From assembly GCA_964486045.1 (NCBI GenBank), contig CAZALK010000008.1, positions 64,001 to 128,000 on the forward strand: a DNA stretch of 64,000 nt, written 5' to 3'. Of this stretch, positions 20,976 through 31,023 are shown piece after piece. A program made the translations under genes and the position numbers. The notes under the pieces were generated by a model that saw only the letters and a program-made list of their open reading frames with translations, was not told the DNA's origin and did no database searches. Every line of letters begins with the position of its first letter. The first letter of the stretch is position 1. The stretch comes from an uncultured archaeon. GTDB taxonomy: Archaea; Asgardarchaeota; Lokiarchaeia; Sigyniarchaeales; SOKP01.

Positions 20976-21111
20976 CTACAAGAACATTTGCGAAGGAACA
21001 CAGTTATCACATTTGATTTCATCAAATTCTTCCCAATCGCTTCTAAATACTTCAATTATTCCCCTTCCACTAAGCTTAGGACAGGTTCGGGGTTTTCGAA
21101 TAGTTAACATT
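20976..21111 (-). pseudogene. remnant of a small DnaJ-type zinc-finger ORF
   Basis: MLTIRKPRTCPKLSGRGII...IKCDNC resembles a degenerate CxxCxGxG...CxxC, cut where the giant ORF begins. Confidence 0.4.
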
Positions 21112-21426
21112 TCTCTAAAATGTATCATACTAGACAAAAACACATTCTTATATAAAGAAAAAATCCCAAAAGGAATTGTAAAAATTAAACGGTTTTTGGC
21201 ATAAGCCCCCATTTAATGGCTTCCAACATAATATCATAAAAATCGATATCACTTTCATTCTGCTTTTTTTCATCCTTCATATCATATTTCACCTTTAATC
21301 TACTTTCAGTTATCCACCTATTTAAAATTTAGTATGAGTTGAATTTTAAGTTTGGATAAATTAAAATAAAATTTTACAGCGAATTTTTCTTTAAAAGTGT
21401 CAGATACAATAATAAAATAATTTATT

Positions 21427-22467
21427 ATGACTTGTAAAAAAATTAATACTTTTAGGTGTGTCATAAATGAAAAAGATTCTCAAAAGATCAAAAACTTTTC
21501 TGTTTATCCTTCTGAGTGGTATATATACGATCAGGGAGTTCCTGATGACTATAGGGCCGTTGAGATTTCGCATGGTAATATTTCTACCATCGGCTTAGAT
21601 CGTGGTGTTTATGTCTGGGCTAATATGTATTCTAAGAATAACACATCTGGAGAAACACAATTTATTGCTCAAGTAAATTGGGGTTATTGGAATGATTCTA
21701 CATGTGTGTATAAAGGTGGGGTTATACCTGTTGAAGACGATGGAAGAATCTCAGAACGGATTTTTGGAAATGTATCTCTTTTTTACCAAGATGCATTTAG
21801 CTATAGTAATTTCGAGCAAAATTATACTGATTTTAATCTATTATCAATTACTTATTGGAATGAGACCTATAACGACTATTATGCTAGAGTCAATTTTTCA
21901 GATAGCGGCATTTTGCTTAGTTTTGAAGCGATCCCTGTAGGAAACTTTACTTTAATTTCTCAACCTTCTCGATTACCACCTATGTTCAGTTTCACTACTA
22001 ATAACGGACTTTTGGATATTAACTCCACTAATATAAAGCTCAAGATTAATACAACCGATGCTGATAACAATAATGACGGAATAAAAGATACTGATTACTT
22101 ATACCGCACCTTTATAAATTCGGTATGGACTGATTGGCTAACAATCCCCCCACTAATCCATTATGACTTAGGTTCTGTCTCTTCAGGTGAATATAATATA
22201 ACATTGGAAGTGAAAAATATGTATGGTACCACACAGGAGCAGATCACCGTGCATTACACAGAAAATATCCCCCCTATTGAAACGAAAGATACTACTATCC
22301 CTAGCGAATCAATCTTCGGTTATTCTGCTATAATAATTATCGTTGTATTGTTCTTCAGTATTTCAATTAGACTTTCAAAGACAGAAGAATATTGCAAAAA
22401 TAAGAGAACTACATTTTTTCCCCTTTTTTTTATTACAAATCTTTCACTCTTATTTTTCTTTTATTAA
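21427..22467 (+). CDS. putative extracellular/surface protein with a C-terminal anchor (N-terminus possibly decayed)
   Basis: Many N-x-S/T sequons, DADNNNDG loop, Ig-like GEYNITLEVKN, and SIFGY plus a hydrophobic helix resembling a Loki-CTERM/PGF-like tail. Confidence 0.6.
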   Translation: MTCKKINTFRCVINEKDSQKIKNFSVYPSEWYIYDQGVPDDYRAVEISHGNISTIGLDRGVYVWANMYSKNNTSGETQFIAQVNWGYWNDSTCVYKGGVIPVEDDGRISERIFGNVSLFYQDAFSYSNFEQNYTDFNLLSITYWNETYNDYYARVNFSDSGILLSFEAIPVGNFTLISQPSRLPPMFSFTTNNGLLDINSTNIKLKINTTDADNNNDGIKDTDYLYRTFINSVWTDWLTIPPLIHYDLGSVSSGEYNITLEVKNMYGTTQEQITVHYTENIPPIETKDTTIPSESIFGYSAIIIIVVLFFSISIRLSKTEEYCKNKRTTFFPLFFITNLSLLFFFY

Positions 22468-22683
22468 GGTTCACATTTTTAGGGTGTATGGTAGAATCAA
22501 ACCTTGCAGCAAGTTTAAGTTAAAAGACTCGGTGGTCTCACATAGTTTTATAATAGAGAAATTTGGGGATAAGTATGGTTTTCAATTAATTTACCAATCT
22601 CTATTAATATTAACTTCAGAAGGATTTTTAATTGGGGAGTTTCAGGATTATAATAGAAAATACAAAATAGCCACTTAATTTGT

Positions 22684-23907
22684 TTAAAAGTCTGAATGAG
22701 AAATCCTAATTCTCTCCTCTGTAATTTTAATCGTCCCTCTCGCTTTTAGCTTTTCAATAACTCGCTTCCGATTAATAAGTTTACTTATAGTACGTAATAA
22801 TTCTTGATGTTCAATGTCAACCGCCTCAAAAAGCTGTTCCAATTCTTCTACAGTAAAGAACGCGATGCATTTTTTATTTAGAAAATCAGTTATATAATCA
22901 ATCCGATTGGCTTGAACTTGATCATGAATAAAAGAGGTCATACATTCAAAGGCCTTTCTATATTTACTTAATGCTAAATCTCTAATCAATCCGAAAATAA
23001 TAAAAAACTGAGGATTAATTTCCAGAATTTTTCGGCAGATTTTAAAGGTACTCCTGGTGAATCCGAGGTTAAAATAAATAATTGCAATTTTACTCAATGC
23101 ATAGACATTTCTAGAATCATGATGGAGCAGTTTTAAATAATATTTCAGAGAATTATTATAATCCTGAAAATGAAAATATAAATCTCCTAATTTCAAGAGT
23201 ACTATCCGATGGTTAGGGTTAATGTCATAGAGCCTTTTAAGCTCACTGATTGCATTTCGGAACAAATGCTTTTCAACAAACCATTCAATTCTTTCTAACC
23301 ATGTTTCAATGTTGTGATCTTCTGGAATTGGCGGTCTTGTTACAATTCGAGGTACTGATCTACGAGTCTTTACTTGATGAAAACCTTTTAAAACCTCTTT
23401 CACAATCATAGTAGTACTTTCATCTAAGGACTCAAATTCCTCATCTGATAGATATGATAAATAATCTTCCCTAACTAAATAATGAATAACCGGAAGATAT
23501 TTTTGTTCAAGCCTTCGTGCGATCTCCTCTTTAAAAACTCTTCTTGCCATAGGATCTCCAACATCCGTCAGTTTTTTGAGCAATGGAAATGCTAAATTAC
23601 GGTGTAAGAGTCGGGTATCGTAATTATTTTCCGCCCATGCTTGGAGATTACTACAATGGCCCCAAAATTCCACTTCGGGCTGAATGAGGTTTTTACCATT
23701 CCTACTCTCAAGTGAACGGTCGAGTACTTGTGATGCCTCGTCGATAGAATCTATCATTTCGACATTTTGCTTATAATATAAAGGCACATCTAATAATAAG
23801 TACTTACACTGAGTAAATAGCTCTCCCTTAATATAAATATTTGATAAACCGCGTTCTAACTTCAATTTTATGAAGTCATTGATCGAAAATACGTTAGTTC
23901 TGCTCAT
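22684..23907 (-). CDS. 'FWGHCSNLQAW' domain plus C-terminal TPR repeats
   Basis: FTQCKY..SIDEA..FWGHCSNLQAW..YDTRLLH; TPR-like INPNHRIVLLKLGDLYF, ALSKIAIIYFNLG, ILEINP. Confidence 0.85.
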   Translation of the reverse strand: MSRTNVFSINDFIKLKLERGLSNIYIKGELFTQCKYLLLDVPLYYKQNVEMIDSIDEASQVLDRSLESRNGKNLIQPEVEFWGHCSNLQAWAENNYDTRLLHRNLAFPLLKKLTDVGDPMARRVFKEEIARRLEQKYLPVIHYLVREDYLSYLSDEEFESLDESTTMIVKEVLKGFHQVKTRRSVPRIVTRPPIPEDHNIETWLERIEWFVEKHLFRNAISELKRLYDINPNHRIVLLKLGDLYFHFQDYNNSLKYYLKLLHHDSRNVYALSKIAIIYFNLGFTRSTFKICRKILEINPQFFIIFGLIRDLALSKYRKAFECMTSFIHDQVQANRIDYITDFLNKKCIAFFTVEELEQLFEAVDIEHQELLRTISKLINRKRVIEKLKARGTIKITEERIRISHSDF

Positions 23908-23986
23908 ATTTTTAAAGATTCTGAACTTTTATTCTTAATAGTTTGATAACAATTTTTCTCACTGTTTTCTGACTACTCTTTATTTT

Positions 23987-25309
23987 TCAATTTTGATGTG
24001 AAGAAGCAATGGACAATTCTCTTCCTTCTTTTATTAAAGATAATTCTTGTTTCTCCAATTCAACAGTAACGAAAGGAATAATCTCTTCAGGCATACCTTC
24101 CAGATATAAAGCCAATTTTGAAAGTGATTTTTTGCTTAATCGTTTTAAATGCTTGGATAACAGCTTTCTAAAGTGGGGGTTCTCAAGTAACTCTTCATAA
24201 AGACAAAAATCCCAAAAATAACGGCTTCGAGGATTTTTTTTCAATCCTTTTCTTATCAACTTGAGAGTCTTTTTTATTCTCCCATGATCCATGTAAAACA
24301 TCCCTAAGCGTAGCAAACAAAAATCAAAGGAGAAATCTATTTTCTGTGCTTGTTTAAATAATTGCATCGCATTGATATAATTTCTCTCTCTGGCATAAAG
24401 GTGCCCCATTTCAACTAACACCTTTCGATTCTTATTATCTTGAGTGCGGATATGATTGAAAATACCTAGAGCTTTAGAAAATTCATTTAAATATTTGTAA
24501 ATCTTCCCTAATTCTAATAAGGCACTAATATTTCCAGGAATAAAATCTAATATCTTTTTTATAAAGATTTTGGCTTTTTGAAACTCCTCAAACATCGAAA
24601 ATTCGGAAATGATCATTTTCCAGACATCAGGATATAATTCTTTTTCATTTTTTACATACAATAGCATGGCATTATCTAGAGAATTTAAGATTCTTATGAA
24701 ATAGGCAGCGCCACTTTTAGGATCATCAACTGAACTACTTACTGAAAATAATAAGTCAACATGGTTAGTATTGTGTAAATCTGGGGTGGTTTTTTCAAAA
24801 TAGGAAAAATACAAGCTGCTATGTTTAGAACAGAGTAATGTTTCAATTAGGGGTAAAAAATCTAGAAAAGTAAATTTGTGAATCAGTAATTGAATTTCTT
24901 TTTTTGACAAGTCTCCTAAAAAGCTAAAACTTGTTAAAAATTTTCTTATCTCTACATTTTCCTTACTAAACTGAATTGCAATCTCTTCTTTGTATACTTG
25001 TATCGCACGCGATTCCCCCGCTTTTACCAGCTCTTTCAAGATATGAAGAGTTATACTATAGTGCATTATATCAGTATTGTAATCATTATTAACCCAATTT
25101 TGTAGCATCATGCAATATGTAATAAAAGAATCTCTGAAGGTTACTCCTATTCTACTAGCAATGGCAAGACCAATAGACTCATTAATCATGTTTGATACAT
25201 ACTCTAACAACATATCTTTTACAAACACGTATATCTTATCCTTTTCAAATTTTATAGAAAGATAATCATTACATTCATAGTAATCAATCAATAGATCGAT
25301 ATTTATCAC
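23987..25309 (-). CDS. degenerate 'FWGHCSNLQAW' domain plus TPR repeats
   Basis: FITYCMMLQNWVNNDYNTDIMH..LKELVKAGE..YKEEI; TPRs ALLELGKIY, VLVEMGHLY, LLRLGMFY. Confidence 0.8.
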   Translation of the reverse strand: MINIDLLIDYYECNDYLSIKFEKDKIYVFVKDMLLEYVSNMINESIGLAIASRIGVTFRDSFITYCMMLQNWVNNDYNTDIMHYSITLHILKELVKAGESRAIQVYKEEIAIQFSKENVEIRKFLTSFSFLGDLSKKEIQLLIHKFTFLDFLPLIETLLCSKHSSLYFSYFEKTTPDLHNTNHVDLLFSVSSSVDDPKSGAAYFIRILNSLDNAMLLYVKNEKELYPDVWKMIISEFSMFEEFQKAKIFIKKILDFIPGNISALLELGKIYKYLNEFSKALGIFNHIRTQDNKNRKVLVEMGHLYARERNYINAMQLFKQAQKIDFSFDFCLLRLGMFYMDHGRIKKTLKLIRKGLKKNPRSRYFWDFCLYEELLENPHFRKLLSKHLKRLSKKSLSKLALYLEGMPEEIIPFVTVELEKQELSLIKEGRELSIASSHQN

Positions 25310-25550
25310 CTTTTTTCATAGTTCTTCTTTTGTTGTTTCTAATTCTTATTACTACAATTGGGATATATAAAGAAAAAATTTTGCATATGATCTTGTGGTT
25401 CGATTAATGTCGTATTTAATTAGTAAAATTTTCTTGAATTTAAAAATTTTTAATTAAATGTAAAAGAACTTCCCTAGTTGAAAATTACAAAGTTAACCCC
25501 GACTAATAATATTAATACTTTTTTTCTTTAAATATTCAAAAAATCAGGGA

Positions 25551-26840
25551 TTGTTAATGTCAAAGATTTCACCTAAAAAAATTGTTGATGGAGTTCAGCA
25601 TAAAATAAGACAGATTAAAGTTGAAGTATCAAAAGTTGCAGAGTATTTTAAGCCAAAGTTTGGGAGATTACGAGTTAAACTTCAATTAAGGAGTGCTAAT
25701 AGAAAATTTCGGAGCCGTAAATTTCTTTCAGCGTATCATATATTGATTATCGCATCATCAAATGCTAAAATCTTTAAGATGCGAAAGCAGTTCATGGAAA
25801 TTATCCAAGAAAGAATCAAGCAAACACTTAATCAAATTGATAGAAAGATACAAAAAGACACAACTGTGCTGAGAAGAAATCTGAGTGAGCAATTAGAAAA
25901 AAGACAATTTTCAGTTGTAATAGATAAATGCACTTCATTTTTTACTTCATTACAGAATTATCCTCAAACTGATATAACTGAAAAATGCAAGGCTTTAATT
26001 CGTAAAGAATTTGATATCGCAACTAAATTGTTCTGGGAGGGTGTCTATAAAGAAGACTTTGCTAAAATCGTAAATTTGAAGAAACGCCGCAATTTTGGTT
26101 TAGCAATTAATATAGGGAGAGAATTTCTTAAGAAAACTCAGAATGTATCATTAGTACCAGGAATTAAGATATATAGAGACAGAATTTTTGATTTGATTCA
26201 AGACCCAATTGCTCAAAAATGGTTAGGAAAATACAAAACTATAAAGAATTATACCACGAAAATAAGAACTCATAGGCAATTTGAACAAGCGGTAATGCAA
26301 TCAGAAAAGTTTCTAAAATATAGTCTAAAAGACCAAGACGTTGTCGCGGTTCACCAGCTGAGACTTAAAACTACTAAAAAGGTTGAAAGGCTTCAAACAG
26401 ATTTAATCTTTTTTGGAAGGAAAGATAATTATGATAATTTTGTAACTAGGGCAATGATTAATTATGAACTCGGATGTTATGAGAGAGCAATTAAATATAT
26501 AGATAAAGCAATAAAATTACTGAAATTATATCAATTAGAAGAACAAGAAGTTCTCATTAAAAATACCAAAATATTTGTTAAGAATGTGCAATTTAAGTTC
26601 TTATGCCAGGATAAAATAAGAGAAAGGGAAATACGGGTTATGATTGATACTGCCCGTAAGTTATACTATGATGAAAAAGAAAGTAAAGCTATAAGCGTAT
26701 TATTAGAAGCTCAGGGGCAGTTTAATATGTTTTCCACATTATATAAAGATTTAGAGAATAAAGCTTATAAAAAGCTATTTCGGGAGATCCGAAATGGTAT
26801 TAACAAAGAACGAATAAAAGTGAGTGAGATTTCATTATAA
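25551..26840 (+). CDS. basic alpha-helical (TPR-like) hypothetical protein
   Basis: 429-aa ORF, K/R-rich; YELGCYERAIKYIDKAIKL is TPR-like. Confidence 0.65.
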   Translation: MLMSKISPKKIVDGVQHKIRQIKVEVSKVAEYFKPKFGRLRVKLQLRSANRKFRSRKFLSAYHILIIASSNAKIFKMRKQFMEIIQERIKQTLNQIDRKIQKDTTVLRRNLSEQLEKRQFSVVIDKCTSFFTSLQNYPQTDITEKCKALIRKEFDIATKLFWEGVYKEDFAKIVNLKKRRNFGLAINIGREFLKKTQNVSLVPGIKIYRDRIFDLIQDPIAQKWLGKYKTIKNYTTKIRTHRQFEQAVMQSEKFLKYSLKDQDVVAVHQLRLKTTKKVERLQTDLIFFGRKDNYDNFVTRAMINYELGCYERAIKYIDKAIKLLKLYQLEEQEVLIKNTKIFVKNVQFKFLCQDKIREREIRVMIDTARKLYYDEKESKAISVLLEAQGQFNMFSTLYKDLENKAYKKLFREIRNGINKERIKVSEISL

Positions 26841-26854
26841 AAAGGTGAACATCC

Positions 26855-27082
26855 ATGCCAAAAAAGAGAATAGGTGAAGATAAGTTAATACAAGTGTATG
26901 TGTGTGTAAAGTGTACGCTTGGAATGATAGTAATCGAAGATAAACAAGGTGAGGTGCAGAATTTAACATATATTTCCAGATTCTTAAAGAAGCATCCTAA
27001 CCCTGAACTCATGACATTAAAGAAATTTAAGGAAGTAAGCAGGAAGAAACTACTTCAAATAAAAACAGCATTTAATAGGTAA
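26855..27082 (+). CDS. small hypothetical protein with CxxC
   Basis: AGGTGA RBS upstream, YVCVKC, operonic with 25551. Confidence 0.65.
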   Translation: MPKKRIGEDKLIQVYVCVKCTLGMIVIEDKQGEVQNLTYISRFLKKHPNPELMTLKKFKEVSRKKLLQIKTAFNR

Positions 27083-27143
27083 ATTTTTTTACTTTACTTA
27101 TCCTAATCATAAGGATTAAGAGGAAAAAAAGAGTGAGAATACG

Positions 27144-28004
27144 TTGAGAAGAAGACGATTTAGTTTAAAAAAGGAAAGATCACTACCCAAAGATTCCATA
27201 TTAATCCCTAAAATCACCAAAGAACAAGTGTTCAATTATATTCAACAACATCTTGGAGGTAGAAATTCCAAAATTCCTCTAAAAAGGATTGAAGTTTCTT
27301 TACCGGAAGCAGTTCAATTCTTTAACCACAATGGGTATCAATCGGGAGCTATGAAGGCATATTCAGAATTACTTAGGGGCTTGATTTCAGAATTAGAAAA
27401 AGAAGAGAAGATAATTATTACTTATCGTTCTATTCAAGAAGGAAGAAGATTAATACGGTTCCCAATGATCGAACCGTTTGATCCTGCAAAAGTCAGAAGA
27501 AGAGTTCCACGCCAGACAATTAAAGGCAGATTTAGGGGTATTCATCTTTTTCAAAGTCGCCCTCTGCGAAAATATTGGGGACTAATTCTCCTATTCCTAT
27601 GTATTCCGTTATTAATTATGGTAGTCCCCCTTTTTCTCCCGAAACCTGTCGTGGTTGAGAATAATGACCTAGTTAAGATTAAATATTCAGTATGGGTTTC
27701 TGACAAATACAAAAATTATGATAAGGAAAATCCTTATTTTGATGGTCAAGTTTGGGTAACTGTCATTTCAGTCGTCGATGCTTTTCCTAATGGGTTAATG
27801 TTAGGTTTGTATAATAATTTACTCGGAAAAGTGAAAGGCTTTGAAAGTGAATTGATATGGTTAAATAAATGTGTTGATGAAAATGTCGATGGTGTTGATG
27901 ATATTACCGGAGAACCAGCACTAACTTATGGGAAAAGTAATGATCTCTACTTTGGATTTTATTTAATGATAAAGTTCAAGGTTTTGGATATTGAGAAACC
28001 TTAA
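27144..28004 (+). CDS. single-pass membrane protein with a basic N-terminal domain and a degenerate FKBP-like C-terminal domain
   Basis: TM segment YWGLILLFLCIPLLIMVVPLF; VENNDLVKIKYSVW, LMLGLYNNLLG and LMIKFKVLDIEK follow the FKBP strand/helix pattern. Confidence 0.55.
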   Translation: MRRRRFSLKKERSLPKDSILIPKITKEQVFNYIQQHLGGRNSKIPLKRIEVSLPEAVQFFNHNGYQSGAMKAYSELLRGLISELEKEEKIIITYRSIQEGRRLIRFPMIEPFDPAKVRRRVPRQTIKGRFRGIHLFQSRPLRKYWGLILLFLCIPLLIMVVPLFLPKPVVVENNDLVKIKYSVWVSDKYKNYDKENPYFDGQVWVTVISVVDAFPNGLMLGLYNNLLGKVKGFESELIWLNKCVDENVDGVDDITGEPALTYGKSNDLYFGFYLMIKFKVLDIEKP

Positions 28005-28084
28005 AATCTTGAGAGACCATGAAAAATGGCAATGAATAGTTAAACTTCTTAATTATAAGTGGAAATGATATTAAAAAAGGTGTT

Positions 28085-29584
28085 ATGAGTAGATTGATAT
28101 GTTGTGAATGCGGTTCAGAGGATATTAAAGCTGTGCTAACTCAACCAGCAACCTTTAAATGTAAATGCTGCGGTCAGGTTTGGATCGACTCTAAATTATT
28201 AAAAGAACTTCCTGATTCTTTGAAGCAGTTTGTATTTCATATTAATGAGCACATTACGGTAAGGTTAGAAGATGAACATACGAGAATTTATGTAAATTAT
28301 AAACTATTTACTCAATGCGCAATTTTATTAGTAGAGATTTCCTTTTCCGATGCACCCAAGTATGATAAAATACAATCAATTGATGAAATTGCTTTCAATT
28401 TAGGGTGGCCACATCAACAAGATGAGGTTAGTTATAGAATACCTCCTGAAGTTGAATTTATGGGTCATTGTTCTAACCTACAAGCGTGGGCGGATAATAA
28501 TTATGATACAAGACTCCTTCATTCCAATATTTCGTTTCCTCTGTTAAAAAAATTAGTAGAAGCGGGAGATACAATGGCTAAAAGAAGATTCAAAGAGGAG
28601 ATCGGTTTGAGGTTTGAGAGCGGATACCCCCCTACTCTCCTGTTTTTATTGGAAGAAAAGTATATAGGATATCTGACTCTTGAAGAACGTTCAGTACTTT
28701 TAAAAAATATTAATTTTACATCTTTGATGAAACATCAACCGGCTATCCTTTTTCCCTTATTAATCGAATTATCCTTGTTGGGAGTTAGAAAAGCAAAAAT
28801 TCTTTATAAAAATGAGCTCTATAATATTTCTAACATATACAAGCTTTCATACATGTATGGGGAGATCGAAAGAAGTTTTAAAATCTTGGATAATCAGGAA
28901 TTTCTACATTTTTTTCTCTATGGGATCAAAGCATTTTTCACAGCAGGGAGAAAGAAAACATATTTTAAGATATTAAAACTCTTTATTTCTGAAGCTTGCT
29001 CTCGTAGAATTCTCGATGATGAGAATAGTAGCAGTTATCTCATTATTCACTCAATTTCCTCTCAAATAACCCAAGAAAATGCTAAAGATTGGCCTGATAT
29101 TTTCTGTCAAATTATAGATCGTAAACGAAATACTTCTCTCGATTCCTTAATAATTGCAGAACTGGTGGGTAAGTTTGCGCTTCTTGATAAATATAAAAGG
29201 ATAAGTGTTATCACCGGTATTTTTATCAATATTTGTCAGTCAGATGTTATTCAAAAGCAACGAAGTGATCTTGTTAGGATAATAAATATTGCTTTAGGGG
29301 GGTTAGAGGAGATTGATGATATTTCTGAGGTGGGAGGGGGTCTTCATATGATGCTTACAGCCCTTCATAGAACCCTCTTTCTGAAAGAATATATCGACAT
29401 GATACGTAAAAAACTCGTCTATTTTCTTAATAATTTAGATCCTAATTCAGTGCTTGCCACATCGGATTTTATAGGTGATATAGCCACTAGAATTCAGACC
29501 ATTAAATGTAGAAGTTCTCGTGGAAAGCTGTCTTCCTTGTTAAAAAACCATCCCGTAATTAAAAAATTGGAGAAAACTATTTAA
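28085..29584 (+). CDS. N-terminal Zn ribbon, 'FWGHCSNLQAW' domain and helical C-terminal region
   Basis: CCECGS..CKCCG; FTQCA..SIDEI..FMGHCSNLQAW..YDTRLLH..FPLLKKL. Confidence 0.85.
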   Translation: MSRLICCECGSEDIKAVLTQPATFKCKCCGQVWIDSKLLKELPDSLKQFVFHINEHITVRLEDEHTRIYVNYKLFTQCAILLVEISFSDAPKYDKIQSIDEIAFNLGWPHQQDEVSYRIPPEVEFMGHCSNLQAWADNNYDTRLLHSNISFPLLKKLVEAGDTMAKRRFKEEIGLRFESGYPPTLLFLLEEKYIGYLTLEERSVLLKNINFTSLMKHQPAILFPLLIELSLLGVRKAKILYKNELYNISNIYKLSYMYGEIERSFKILDNQEFLHFFLYGIKAFFTAGRKKTYFKILKLFISEACSRRILDDENSSSYLIIHSISSQITQENAKDWPDIFCQIIDRKRNTSLDSLIIAELVGKFALLDKYKRISVITGIFINICQSDVIQKQRSDLVRIINIALGGLEEIDDISEVGGGLHMMLTALHRTLFLKEYIDMIRKKLVYFLNNLDPNSVLATSDFIGDIATRIQTIKCRSSRGKLSSLLKNHPVIKKLEKTI

Positions 29585-29666
29585 AATTGTCATATAGTTT
29601 TAGTCCCTCATTCTTGCCTTAGCTATGGTTTACACCTCTCTTTTTGGTGTATCTTTTCTCATTATA

Positions 29667-29915
29667 CTAATTTCTAAAATTTATATCTTGAAACCACCGT
29701 GAAATTTTTTCTTTTAATTCAATTACTTCGCCTAAAGTTGTGAGTTTCGTGTTATTTTGATAGTTTACCAAATCATTTTTTGTAGTTTCAGGTACCATTA
29801 TGTTTTCTAGTAAATTATTAAGTAACATTTTAATTAACAGATAATTGACTGTAAGTTCTTTAAGTGGGGTATTGGTTACAATATAAAGTTGGTGTTGTCC
29901 TAAGATCATACCCAA
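29667..29915 (-). CDS. small hypothetical protein
   Basis: 82-aa ORF in tandem with 29934 and 30315. Confidence 0.4.
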   Translation of the reverse strand: MGMILGQHQLYIVTNTPLKELTVNYLLIKMLLNNLLENIMVPETTKNDLVNYQNNTKLTTLGEVIELKEKISRWFQDINFRN

Positions 29916-29933
29916 TTTAACGATTTCTCGGTT

Positions 29934-30221
29934 TTATTCATTTGTCAAAGCATCATGAACTAATTCACTGCAAGCATCTCTCATTACATTAAATTTATCA
30001 TAGTTTTGCTTTATAAAAGTAGCAGGATCGTTGTTTGCTAATAATTCTTCAAAAATATCTAATGAATTATATATTCCCATGAGACCTAACGCTTTTAAAT
30101 ATTCCTTGATTACTTCCAGTCTGAGTTGAAAGGTTAGAGCACCACCAGACGCGCATTCTGAACTACTAGACGGAAGAAGCTCTAAACTATAACCCAATTC
30201 CAAAATTTGTAATTCGGACAT
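29934..30221 (-). CDS. small hypothetical protein
   Basis: 95-aa ATG ORF with protein-like composition. Confidence 0.55.
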   Translation of the reverse strand: MSELQILELGYSLELLPSSSSECASGGALTFQLRLEVIKEYLKALGLMGIYNSLDIFEELLANNDPATFIKQNYDKFNVMRDACSELVHDALTNE

Positions 30222-30314
30222 TTTTATTATTATCCCTTTTGATTTATCGTGTACTTGCTTTTTTCCATTCTTTATCTTGTGTAACTTTTTAGTTATTTAA
30301 AGAAATATTACTTA

Positions 30315-30797
30315 TCAAAGTGAGTTTTCCAGCAATTTTCTAAGGACTGCTTGCTGTCCTTTTAATGTTTCATTATTTACCATTCCCTTACATTCTTCTG
30401 AAAATTCCATAATAAAATCAATTATCTTTTCTTCTTTATCCTGAATAAGTGGCTTCTCAATTTTTCTTATTTTCGCTTTCAAAATCTTTTCAATCTCAGG
30501 GCTCAAAACTTCAATATTATATTGTATTAGCTTGTCCCGAAGCTCCTTCCCTTCAACGGTCAACTTATATTCTCTCCGGTCATCACCCCCAAACTCACCC
30601 CCTTTTTTTAAAATTTCAATAAAACCAAAACTGGCAAGAGCATTTATTTTTGAATAAAGGGTATCTTGAGACAAATCAGGGAATAAATTCCTTATTTTTC
30701 GAGAAGTAGTAAATCTTTCAATATCTAGCCGTTTTAATATTACGATACTTCTAAGCGCATTCCACATTCGAGTACTACTCATTAACAATAAAACCAA
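30315..30797 (-). CDS. winged helix-turn-helix DNA-binding protein (MarR/HxlR/PadR-like)
   Basis: LSQDTLYSKINALASFGFIE...DRREYKLTVEGKEL wing motif. Confidence 0.8.
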   Translation of the reverse strand: MVLLLMSSTRMWNALRSIVILKRLDIERFTTSRKIRNLFPDLSQDTLYSKINALASFGFIEILKKGGEFGGDDRREYKLTVEGKELRDKLIQYNIEVLSPEIEKILKAKIRKIEKPLIQDKEEKIIDFIMEFSEECKGMVNNETLKGQQAVLRKLLENSL

Positions 30798-30824
30798 ATA
30801 AAATAGATTTGACTATAATATGTA

Positions 30825-30912
30825 TAGTTTTTGAAATATTTAAAACTAGTTTTTGATTTTTCCAATACTAGTTTTTGAGTTATTTAAGACTAGTCTTTGA
30901 AATACTAAAAAC
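30825..30912. repeat. four tandem 22-bp quasi-palindromic repeats (operator or iteron array)
   Basis: TAGTTTTTGAAATATTTAAAAC, TAGTTTTTGATTTTTCCAATAC, TAGTTTTTGAGTTATTTAAGAC, TAGTCTTTGAAATACTAAAAAC at 30825/30847/30869/30891, followed by TTTAAATA. Confidence 0.9.
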
Positions 30913-31023
30913 TTTAAATACTTAAGTATCTATTTATCTTCTTAATATATTTAAATTTTAGAAAAGACAATTATTTGAAACGAGGGTTTAAAAATTAGTA
31001 ACTTAGAGAATTACAAGGAGATT

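Noticed and set aside
30825-30912. CRISPR array
   Set aside because: The period is only 22 bp, the variable part is ~10 bp and partly conserved, and no cas genes are in the window.
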